Positions 1-10,459 of a DNA stretch of 64,000 nucleotides are shown here, piece by piece; positions within the stretch are counted from its first letter, which is position 1; every line of letters starts with the position of its first letter. This DNA comes from Sminthopsis crassicaudata. Its lineage: Eukaryota. The DNA lies in NCBI RefSeq assembly GCF_048593235.1, contig NC_133619.1, positions 655,419,744-655,483,743 of the forward strand, read 5' to 3'. The position numbers were made by a program, and so were the translations under genes. The notes below the pieces were generated by a model. It had not been told where the DNA came from and ran no database searches. It was given only the letters and a program-made list of their open reading frames with translations.

Positions 1-808
1 TGGAGAATGAGAGTAGGACTAAGAGTCAAGGAAAGACTATCCTGAAACAGAGTTTACAAGGTTTATTTAACCCAATTTAGACATGTCAGCGTTACACTCT
101 GGAGGTTTGCTGCCACTTACTTCACTGAGATTAAGAAAGCATTCTTCAGGGTGTGAGACATTTGCCAGTTCTGTGACCCTGGGGCATTCCCATGACTGTT
201 TTCTGCCTTTCTCTGGTATAGTTGTGACGTCTACCTCAAAGGTTTTGTTTGTTTGTTTTTCCATCAAATACGTTAATACCGTTGAATGCTTAGCACAATG
301 GAAGGCACTGGTAACTATTACTTTTTGCTTAATTAATGCTTCCTTCTTTCCTTTATTCTTTATTGCTAGATTTCCTCCCACATTCCCTCCTACCTTTCTT
401 GTCAGAGTAAAATCAGGAATTACTTATTCAAAGGAAAAATCATTATTCGATTCCCCCCCCCCCAATCTAGCCTATCTTGATAAAGAACCGCGTTATTTTA
501 ATGCATAGTTTAAAATTTCAGCTCCTGACAATCCTAGAAAACTTGTGAGGACTCCAAATTTGACTGGAATTTCCAAACGTAATTTCCAGTTTTGGGGGAA
601 GTACGTTTTTATTAATCCATGCGAAAAATATTGTTTGTCTATGTGGATTATTTAAAAACTCATTATTTCAACCAATCGAATGACGGTTTCATTGCTCGTG
701 CATTGGAAATCCTTATTACATACAATTCCAGGGGTTTCAAAGGGAACAGCATCTATTTAAGTTCTCCTTCTTTTGGACAATTTAAAATTTCTTCCTAAAT
801 CTCTTAGG
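1..808 (+). repeat. Segmental duplication block, near-identical to 14380-15198; first ~330 bp also match ~9825-10110
   Basis: Direct comparison: both copies run from tggagaatgagagtaggactaagagtcaagg to ...cctaaatctcttaggg with only scattered differences. The ORF track gives near-identical chance ORFs (67..381 vs 14405..14764). Confidence 0.95.
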
Positions 809-923
809 GTTCCGTGTTTTGTTCTTATCCCATAAATTAATGGTATCTAGGGCTCTTTCAATTTCCAAATGAAAATATCCATCAAAAGAAATCACGATGT
901 AAGAGGAGGGAGTAGGACTCCAA

Positions 924-2460
924 TCAGCACATCTTGCCCCTCTCATTAACTTCAGAAAAGTAAAGGAGAATCAGGAGGAGATATGTCTTGTAGGCCAGCA
1001 CTGTAGGCCAGGGGAGGTGCCCATTTTGGGGAGATCCGGCCGGCCAATCGCAGCTACGGTGATCATAGCGAGGCTGTCTCCATTGTCTGCGGTGGTGAGT
1101 ATGGGGGGGAGCGGCGGGAGAACTGGAGGAGGCCTCCAAAGCTGGGGAAGTTTCGGGGAGGGAGGGAAGGGTTCAATGGGTGGGCTCTTTTTCAACTTTG
1201 GGGAAGTCATTGCCAAGGATCCCCAGGGACGTGGCCTTCTTTGCTTTGAAAAGGCGATGGTCGCCCCGGGGGTTTGTTCCCCTCTTGAGATCTCAGCCTG
1301 TAAGTCTGCTCACGTGCTTCATCCCCCCTTTTTCTCTTTCCCAGGCCAAGGGCAAGAACGGAGAATGCCCCTGGTGGCTGCCGCCTTCACAGGAGGCGCA
1401 GGATGCGGAGACACAGCGGCCACCTAGGTGCGGAGCCGAGGGAGCTGGGAGGGCAGCGGGAGTGGGAAGGGAGACCCGAAGGCCGAGACCCGCGAGCGTT
1501 CTTCCCCGGCTCCGAACTCGAAGACGGGGTGGCCGCGGCAGGATCCGGTCAAGTACAAAGCAGGGCCGCTGAAGGGCTTTCGTAGGGAGGGGCCCTTGCG
1601 CCTCCTTCCTCCCCGCGGTTCGTCCCAGCACAATGGCAAGATTTGGAATCGGCCTTTCGACGTCCCGAGCTCGCAGCCGAGCGCCAGAGGTGCCACGGGA
1701 GGCCTTGCCTCGGGGCTGTACGGGAGGAGCTGGAGCTGTGGCCCAGCTGCTCTTCCTATCCGGACCTTGGCCGGAGCTGGGGAAGGCCCGGCTCCACTTC
1801 CCGATGCCTGGGGCATTGCCCAGCCTGCCAGTGAACGCACGGATTCTAGAGGCTGACAGACCTCCAAGGGCAGGGGGCAAGATGCTGAGGAAAACCGTCG
1901 TGCCCGCACAAGGCAGAAGGGAAGGCGGCCCTGCCCGGGAACTTGGCAGAAGGGCAAAGTCCTTGGCGATGGGCTTTTGCGAGTTGCCTTGAGAGCGGAG
2001 CCACATTTTCGGACTTTTCCCTTCCCCTTTCAGGCTTTGCTTTGCTTGCCAGAAAAAGCCATTGTTTATCTGAGATGCCTCCGGGAGGGGAGGGGAGGGG
2101 GCACGAGTGGGGGAATGCTGGCAGAAATTGTGCCACACTTCAATAAAATGTCCTTGCAAAAACTCTCCTGGCTTTGTTCGTGTTACTCTTTCGCGTATTC
2201 TTGGTTTCATTCTGGCTAGGGATGAGCTTTCCCATCTGTGTCACTTCCACATACTACAATGGGACAGCAGGTGGCACTGGCAACCAAGGGAAGACTATCC
2301 TGAGGGGGGGGGGGGAAGGTAGGATTTTTGAGTAGCTCCTGTCCCACGTGCCAGGCCCCAACTCCACGGAGATTTCAGAGCTTGGCAAAAAAGACAATGC
2401 ATTCAGGGAGGACCCAGCCTTGACTGACCTCTTAACTGCAGTGCACCTCACTTTCCTCAT
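924..2460 (-). other. CpG-rich island / possible decayed intronless gene, unassigned
   Basis: GC- and CpG-rich between ~1000 and 2100 against AT-rich flanks. Longest ORF is 305 aa (1293..2210, minus). No protein family confidently recognised in any frame. Confidence 0.35.
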
Positions 2461-2748
2461 CTGGCCAGTGCCGGGAAAGTAGCCCCTGCCTCAGAAGCTT
2501 GCTTTGAAGAGCAAATGGAACAATGGCAATCAGTAAGCCTCAAACTCTGGCAGCTGAGAAGGTGGTGCTTAGTGTTCCCAGATTTCCTCTGTTCTTTCCT
2601 CCCTCCCTCTCAGGGTCTCTCTCTGCCTCTTGGTGGCCCTCTAGGTCTCTCTTTCTGTCTCTGTTTAAGCCGAGGACTGTGTGTCTAGTTTCCCAAAACA
2701 GGAGCCTACTCTAGGCCACAGGAAAAGTGGCTGGGAAGGATATAGGAC

Positions 2749-3535
2749 ACAAGATGATTGGAATGGGCCAGAACTCTGGAGAAGTGTACTTGAAACAAAG
2801 ATTCTTCCAAAAGGAGTTAACATTCAGAAGAAGATGGGTATCTAGTTGAGCATGGTGATAAATAGTTCTCTGGTTCAGTATGATTGAATTAATCTTGTGA
2901 CATATAATGGTTTCCTGGTGATATAATGATAGGCTTATACTCAGTATGATGAATGGATTAAATTGTAATAGAGTATTTAAGAGATCAGACAATGCAGTGG
3001 CCTCTCAGTCAGAGAGGTCACTGAACAACTGCCTCTCAGTCTCCTTGCATCATCCTCTCACAAGAGGAGATGCATTCTGGGTTGGATCTCCAGCAGCCAC
3101 TGTCAGGTGACTCCAGTGTATTCCAACAAATGATGACTTGTGATTTATTTATTTTCCATGATTAGTAAGGTATGCATAAATGACTGACAGATTCACGAGC
3201 AACTATCCTTTCTTGATACCATGTTAGCCCATAAATTCAAAAGAATAATAAAATGTAAGAAATGTTTTGGGGCTACTTCCAAATCAGGATTCATCTATGA
3301 TGACTTTCCTTTTGCCCTTTAACTGATCTGAATCAAATCCCACAATACCCACAAAACCCTTCCATTGTTTATCAAAATTGAGGGAAACTACTGCTGCCCG
3401 CTACCCTTTACCTCACAGTCTAGTGGGCCTTTCCAGAGAGAAGACATCACCAGTATGGTTGATTCTAGAGAAAGACATGCAGGCTGGGGGCAGCATTCTC
3501 AGTCCCTTTCCAGGAAAGGAAGGAAGAAGACAAAT
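2749..3535 (+). repeat. Segmental duplication block, paralog of 28546-29322
   Basis: aagatgattggaatgggccagaactc...ggaagaagaca present in both places at high identity. Confidence 0.93.
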
Positions 3536-4049
3536 CATGCTGGAAAATCTGGCCATAGATCAAAGCCAATGACAATTACTTTCAATTCTTGCTAAAAGGA
3601 ACTAAAGCAGGACCTTCCCTGTCTTCCACAACTCTGTGAGCACCTCTCCTTTTCAAAGGTGATCCTTGATTTTAGAAGGAAAATACTTCTTTGGTTTGTC
3701 CATCACATTTCTTGACCAACAAACTTCACTTTGCACAATCAGCTCTCTCATTAGTGGTGTCCCAATGAAATGACTGGAGCATGGAAGAAGTTCAGGGTCT
3801 GATCTATTGAGGGGCGGGATGGGGTGGGCTGTAGTGGGGCTGGTGATGGAAGGAAAACCTGATGACCACAGGAGACATCCAGAGTTGCACTGAAGGTCAG
3901 AGAAAAATGATTATGGAAAAAGCCAACTGTTTGACACAAACATAACCAATGCAGCTAAAAGTAGATAATGAACACAGGATAAGGTAGAGAAAAACCTTCC
4001 TTCTTTCCTTCCTTCCTTGCCTCCTTTCTTCCTTCATTTCTGTTTTGTT

Positions 4050-4320
4050 TGCTTTCTTGCCTATTTGTCCCTTCACTTGCTATCTATTTCTCTTCTACTT
4101 TTTTCATCTCTATTTTTTTTATTTGATTTTTTGTTGTCTTCCTTCCCTCTATTCCATACTTAATTCTGTCTGCTCTGCAGACTGCACTAGATAAGAGTTC
4201 AGCTGCATTTCATTTTCAAACTATAGGCAGAACTCATTGTAAGAAAAGCAAAATTTGAAAGAGAATGAAGCCCTGGAGTGTTGTCCAAGTTATATTAAAT
4301 CTGAGCCCTTAAGAAGGGAG
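4050..4320 (+). repeat. Older paralogous block matching 13680-13940
   Basis: Shared ttgctttcttgcctat...cacttgctatctat...catttcattttcaaact...ggcagaactcattgt...gccctggagt. Confidence 0.85.
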
Positions 4321-4674
4321 AGGGAAAGGACTTCTGGCTCCAGGTAACTTCCAGCTTTGATAGGAGCCAAATCAAATTTCTGGCCTGAATATCTTTTCTG
4401 AGGTTTCTCAAAAATGTCAACTCCTTGCATTGTGTTGTTTTGTTTGAGTTTTTATCCCAATGCATCTGTTTTGAAGAGTGAATATTAGATCACCGTTCTC
4501 CCTCGTCAACCCCTCAGGAATATTCTTCTCATGGCATCAGAAACACCTCAGTTTTGATCTTTCCTCGGACCATTAGTACTTTACACAATCTTGGAAAGTT
4601 ATCTCATTACCAAGCCTCCTTCAAACTCTTTTACCATATGTAAAATAGGCATAAGTACATCTATTTGAAGAGAT

Positions 4675-4950
4675 CATTATCCAATGATCTGATTTAGACC
4701 AGTTCTAATGATACAATGAGTGATGAGGAGAATCATCCACACCCAGAGAGAGGAGTGTGGAAAGTGACTGTGGTTCACAACATTGTATTTTGATTCTTTT
4801 TATAGTTGTTTGCTTACATTTTATTTTGCTTCTCATTTCTTTTTCTGATGTGATCTGATTTTTCCTGTACAGCAAGATAATTGTATAAATATGTGTGCAT
4901 ATATATATTGGATTTAACGTACAAAATAATAAAATAATTATGCAAAAAAA
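4675..4950 (+). mobile_element. LINE-1 3' end fragment
   Basis: Resembles marsupial L1 3'UTR (catccacacccagagagagg...gcaagataattgtataaatatg) ending in an A-rich tail. Confidence 0.6.
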
Positions 4951-5309
4951 TAGTTGTCAAGTACAACTGAAATCAGACATTTCAAAGGACATTAGTCAAG
5001 CTTAAAATGCCACCTCATCAAGATTGGTTATTAGCATAGACATAGCTATGTCTGGGAGATGATCATGACCCTTCTGAGCCATTGCTTTTGTGTTTTATTT
5101 TGAAATGATCAAAATTTTTATCATAAGGAACAGGACCAGACCCAGTCATATTCATCCTAGTGGTTGCCACAACTGTTTAGATTTTAAAGGAAATCTCTAG
5201 CTTGAACTGAATCCTTAGATTTCACTAGAACTTCAGCTATCTCCTCCTAAAGAATCTTCCTGACCTCAGGGATGCCCTTTTCTTGCTGTCTGTCTCTGGG
5301 ACTTTGCTT

Positions 5310-6000
5310 CTTTTAAAAAAAAAAAATATTTTATTTTTAATGTTTATACATGTACATTGATTTTTAATGAACATTTCTTTGTGAATCATGTTGGAAAAGA
5401 AAACTCAAAACAAAAGGGACAAAGCAGAAAAGGAAAATAAAAGAGAAGAAAAAGAACAAAATAGTAAACAGTGCAAGGTGATTTATTTTCACTTTCCAAA
5501 GTTCTCTCTCTGAATGCAGATGGCCTTTCTTTGCAGAGATGACTGGAATTGTTTGACATCACTGAACTTTTGAAGTTCAGTCAAAAGTTCAGTTCACTCA
5601 AAGACTTGGCTCTACAATAGTTGATGATCATACAATCTTGCTGTGTCTGTGTACAATATATACTTTGTTCTACTTATTTCATTCATGATCAATTCTTGTA
5701 AATATTTCCAGACCTTTCTAAGAGCAGCTTGTTCTTAAATTTTTATAGAACAATAATATTCCATTATTTCCTATACCATAACTTATTCAGCCATTTTCTA
5801 ACTGATAGGAATCTACTAACTTTCCAGTTATTTGCCAAGGCTAAAAGAACTGCTAAAAACATTTTTGCCCATGTGTTTCCTTTCCCTGCTTTTATGACTT
5901 CTTTCCAATAGAGGCCTAGCAATGGCAGTGTTGAAAGGTATGCAGTTTCATTGCTCTTTCAGCATGGTTTCAAATTGCCTCCAGAATGGTTGGATTAGAA
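5310..6000 (-). mobile_element. LINE-1 3' fragment, antisense
   Basis: Reverse-strand L1 ORF2 end/3'UTR motifs (acaataatattccatt, ccagaatggttggat). Confidence 0.65.
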
Positions 6001-6477
6001 CCTTGTTTCTTGATGCCATGACTGAACTACATGGACCTTGGGGAAGCTGAGAATAATTTGACCCTATCCATCAAGCAGGTAATTGTTTAGTCTAATAATC
6101 AGAAAAGGTGAAGCTGAGCTTTGGTTGCATTTCCCAGATTTGCTGGCATGCAGCTATCAGACCTGCAGGAATCTGTGTGAACATTTGATATGGAAGGTCT
6201 CTTCACTGTCTACAAGACAGCAGTCCTTCATTCATTGAGACCTTGGAACTTGACAAATTCTTAGATGACTGCTGAGATAAAGTAGTCAAGATAAATTGTT
6301 TCTGGAGAGTAAATAATTGGATTGTCCTTAAGAAGTACAGCAGCATTGGTTAACTGGATTAGGTGCTAAGGATACAACTAAATGGAGAGGGGAAAGAAAG
6401 CCCAAGGGTGTGGAGAGAAGGGGATTTACAACTTCAAAATGTAATTAGGGCAGGGCAAGAGATCACTGGAGGAAAAG

Positions 6478-6584
6478 TATATAAAAGGCCAGTACCAGCT
6501 CATTTTCAGTGATTCCAGCTCAAAGAAGAGATTTCCACTGCCACTGTGTTCCTGTCTGAGAAACCTCTTGGGAGGACATCAAAG
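6478..6584 (+). promoter_or_regulatory. TATA box, Inr-like site and non-coding exon 1 of the unassigned gene
   Basis: TATATAAAA at 6478-6486, TCATTTT at ~6500, donor AAAG|GTAAGC at 6584/6585. Confidence 0.55.
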
Positions 6585-7898
6585 GTAAGCCATCGGATCA
6601 ATTTTTTCCTTTTGGGGAAATGTCTCTTTCTTTGCCTTCTTTGAAAATGGAGAGATATCTGAAGAAGTGAAGAAAGACATAATCTATTTGGAGAACTCAG
6701 AATCCTCTACCAGAGGAAATGCCTACTGGGTTAGACTCAGTGCTTGAGACTCTCAGTGCTCTCTGAGAATTCTTTCATATAGAGAAAGTCAACTTTCCCA
6801 TCCTACCTAAACTTTAGTTTGCTTCTCTATCAAAATATGGCATTTCCTACTTGTAGCATGCTCATTCCCACAGTCTTGTGGTGTCAAATATGCCAAGAGA
6901 AATAACTCTAGGTCAAGAGATGAGCAGAATGATGACAGGAGACCCAGGTCATTAAAGGGAGCAGCTTCTGGATTTGTCTTTTCTTTTAATTAGATGTGGA
7001 GGATTTGGACTAGCTGCCATAGGTATTCACAGAGAATTCCTGGGAAAGCTCCTCAACCAGGCCCCAAAGAATTTTAGAGTAATAGTGTACTTTCTTTGAC
7101 CTCAGCAGCCAGTCAGCCATCAGTATAAAGCAATTAGCCAATATAAAAGTCTATATAGAGCCCTTCACATGTATTAGCCTGTGGGCTAAGTCAAGGGGCT
7201 TTCTATGAAGAAGCAACCAAGAAGACTGGAAGGCAGAATCAGACTCCTCGGAGGAGACTTAGGAGAAAACAGTGTAACCGGGCAGAGTTTATACAAGATT
7301 GGGAGGGAATGGGCCTGTGTGCATACTAGGAGCCAACACATGGAGAGAGAATGAAAACTGGAGAAGGGGACATGTTCCACAGAAGGAAGGGTTGGAATCT
7401 GGGATGGCTGTAGAGAGGTTTGTCCTGCCTTGCAGAAAGTCTACAAGAGACAGACAGAGAGACAGAGACAGACAGATTGGGGAGCACATCAAATGGATTC
7501 AAGAGGAAGAAAATAGGCAGAGACCATAATCCAATGGCTTTAGGATCAACCAATTAAGAAGGAGTTCCTGGTCCTGAGCTGGGGAAAGAGAGAGGACATG
7601 GTAAGAAAAGCTGAAGGAGAGCGCTGGAAATGTGGAATACAGCTGCTATGGGCAGTGAGATTATGATTCCAGATATAGAGTTGGAAAAGGTCTGATCAGT
7701 ACTTACCAAATTTAAAGCAATTAAAAATTAACACTATTTTCCCATTTCACCAGGATATTGTCCTGTAATTTTGTTCATAGTTACACATGACCCTTACACG
7801 TAGCACACATGACCCTAACCTCTAATGAAAATCCATTTCCTTCTTCATTCTTTTCAGTCATAAGCTCTAGGAAAAGACACTTTCTCAACCTGGCAGAG

Positions 7899-9022
7899 AT
7901 GTTTCACTATTTCAAAAGACAAACTGTAGAAAGCAGTGACAACATTGTCGAAGAGGGAGAAAGGAAAGAACTGCAGAAAGAGAAGGAATCAGGAAACCAA
8001 TCTAAAGACAATCAAGACTTCTCCTCAGGCTCCATGTTGGCCATAGATGCCGCCATGGCAGTTACAAGGGATGCAGAGAACAGTGGAAGTGAACAGAGCT
8101 CTGAGGAAGAATTCATCTTACTTCCTATGCCACCCCAGTTTGTCCCAGGACATTTGGAATATTTGGAAGATGCCCTGATGGGGCCTGACCTCCCAACTGC
8201 TTACCGGTTTTATGCCAGTGATGACAACAGCAGTGCTGACACTGGAGCTAACCATTCTGATGAAAGCAATGAGAACCATGACAGCAACAGTGATCAAAGT
8301 GACAATCACTGCCATAATGATGATGGCAATGATGTGTACAACAATGACTATGGTGAGTATGGAGAGTGGGTAATGAGAAGAACTTAAGGAGGTCTCAAAA
8401 TGTTGGGACTCTGCTCCCATGGGAGCAAAATGAGTGGGAGATTGAACCTTGTAGGGAGCATCAAAAGGATTAGTGTGGAAGTTGTTCCAAAGTGTTAATA
8501 TTGACAATTTCCTCATTTTCAAATATGGTTTTTCCTACATAATTTTGTTCACTTATTGAGATTATTTGAATGTACACTCTCCTGACATAATCCATGCTCC
8601 ATGTTCCATTTTTCTCTTTCACAGTCATCCTCCAGAAACAAGAAATGGACAGGGGTGACATCCATCTTGACCACCTGCAGAGTAAGTTAGAAGACAACTG
8701 CACAAAGGTGGTTGAAGGAAGTGGAAAACTTGCAGAAGGGAAAGAGGAGCAAGAAGAAGAGCACAAAGAGTCCAAAGCAAGAAGTCAATGGAAAGATGAG
8801 GAACACCCACTTGCAGGCTCCACTTTGGTTGATGGTGTCCCCATGTCTACTTCAAAAGACCCAGAAATAGGTGTTACAAATGAACAGAGCTCTAATGAAA
8901 TAATAGTTGAGGTTCAAGATAATCTTTCCTTGATTCCCAATCCTGATCTTGTTGAAAAGGTGGAGGCAGATCCCTGCCCCAGATGCTGTTCCTGTTTTTG
9001 CTTTCCCTGTTTTCCTTTGTAG
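7899..9022 (+). CDS. Unassigned spliced acidic protein, ~283 aa; coding exons 7899-8352 and 8625-9022
   Basis: Acceptor ttcttcattcttttcag|7858; ATG 7899; donor TATG|GTGAGT at 8352/8353; acceptor tttttctctttcacag|8625; the phase-1 join is in frame with ORF 8594..9022; AATAAA at 9587; internal protein repeat across the two exons. Confidence 0.6.
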
Positions 9023-9413
9023 AGCTGAGGAACACCTGGTGACAGTTTCCAATGCCAGCAGGAAAGCCCAGAGAGCCAACATGCCCTCAGGTTCTAGTGC
9101 CTGCCAGTGACTTGCAGTGATGTTATCAAGGACTTGATGGTGACAACAATTTGTCCCTTGACTTCTGGGGTTTTTCTCAAAATCTCTCCTTTTTTTCTTC
9201 TTTTCTTTTTCTCAAGTGCCAAGTTGGACAAAAGACAGTCTTGACACTAAAGAAGCCAGTCTCAATCCACCTGCTTGCCCTTTCTCTTTTTGAGGCAAGT
9301 TGTAATAGGACTAAGATTTCAATTTCAGACCCATCTCAAAACGATAATAGTGAAAGTGACATTTTCAATGAAGAGATATAAGAAGACTTGCCAAGCCAAT
9401 TTGCAGATATAGG

Positions 9414-9415
<2 letters not shown>

Positions 9416-9449
<34 letters not shown>
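9416..9449 (+). repeat. (TG)n microsatellite
   Basis: Uninterrupted TG run. Confidence 0.95.
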
Positions 9450-9452
<3 letters not shown>

Positions 9453-9579
9453 ATGTGTTACTAAGTTTTTTTTGACTTTTCCCTTTCACTGTTTTTATAA
9501 CACTCATTTTGAATCTGAAATGTGTGTCTGGGAGAAAATGAGGAATGAATGCTATTTAAAATTATGGTGATGGAGAAAA

Positions 9580-10110
9580 ACATTTCAATAAAAGCTATTT
9601 TTGCTAACTGTATCTTTGTGGTTAGTGCTTCAGTGTTTTCTTTCTATGTTTCTGACGGTTTTCTAAATAGGCATATTCAGTCTCTGTTAATTTGGAAGTA
9701 ATTCCAACATATTGATATTATATTAACATTTTTGTCATTTGTATATATGGCTTTACTTACATAATTTTGATCCCTTGTTGAGACCAGTTGACCATTCTCA
9801 CATGGAGAATGGGACAGTAGGATTATGAGTCAAGGAAAGACTATCCTGAAGCAGAGGTTATAAGGTTTAATTAATTTAGATATGTCAGTGTTATACTCTG
9901 GAGGCTTACTGCCACTTCCAAGAGATTAAGAAGGCATTCTTCAGGGTGTGAGACATTTGCCAGTTCTATGACTCTGGGGCATTCCCATGAGTGTTTTCTG
10001 CCTTTCTCTGGTGTAGTTCTGATATCTACCTCAAAGATTTTGTTTGTTTGTTTTTTTGATCAAATAAATTAATACCTTTGAATGCTTAGCACAATGGAAG
10101 GCACTGGTAA
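9580..10110 (+). repeat. Diverged paralog of 14150-14700 and of the window start
   Basis: Shared gttaatttggaagtaattccaa...gaccattctcacatggagaatg...aatggaaggcactggtaactatta. Confidence 0.9.
9587..9592 (+). terminator. Polyadenylation signal of the unassigned gene
   Basis: AATAAA followed by T/GT-rich sequence; also present in the paralog at ~14158. Confidence 0.5.
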
Positions 10111-10459
10111 CTATTAATTTGTGCCAAGTTTATAAGAATACAGATCATTCCCCAGTTAATAAATGGTCAAAGAATATCAATAGACACTTTTCAGATGACA
10201 AAATTGAAGCCATTTATACTCATATAAAAATGCTCAAAATCATTATTTATCATCAAAATGTAAATTAAAAACAATTCTGGGTGTCACTTCGCACCTGTCA
10301 GATTGGCTAAAATGACATGAAAAGATAGTAATAATCCTAATATTTTAGAGTATCATCCTCAATATTGTACCTATCATGTACCCATTTTATTCTAATTTTG
10401 GTATGAGGTGTGAAATATGTCTATGCATATTCTAGATATAATATATGTATGTGGAACTG

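Noticed and set aside
2030-2210. Homeodomain-like spacing in RERVTRTKP..LQGHF..LPEASQINNGF
   Set aside because: Lacks the invariant WF.N motif; a second frame resembles a homeodomain equally weakly, so chance is likely.
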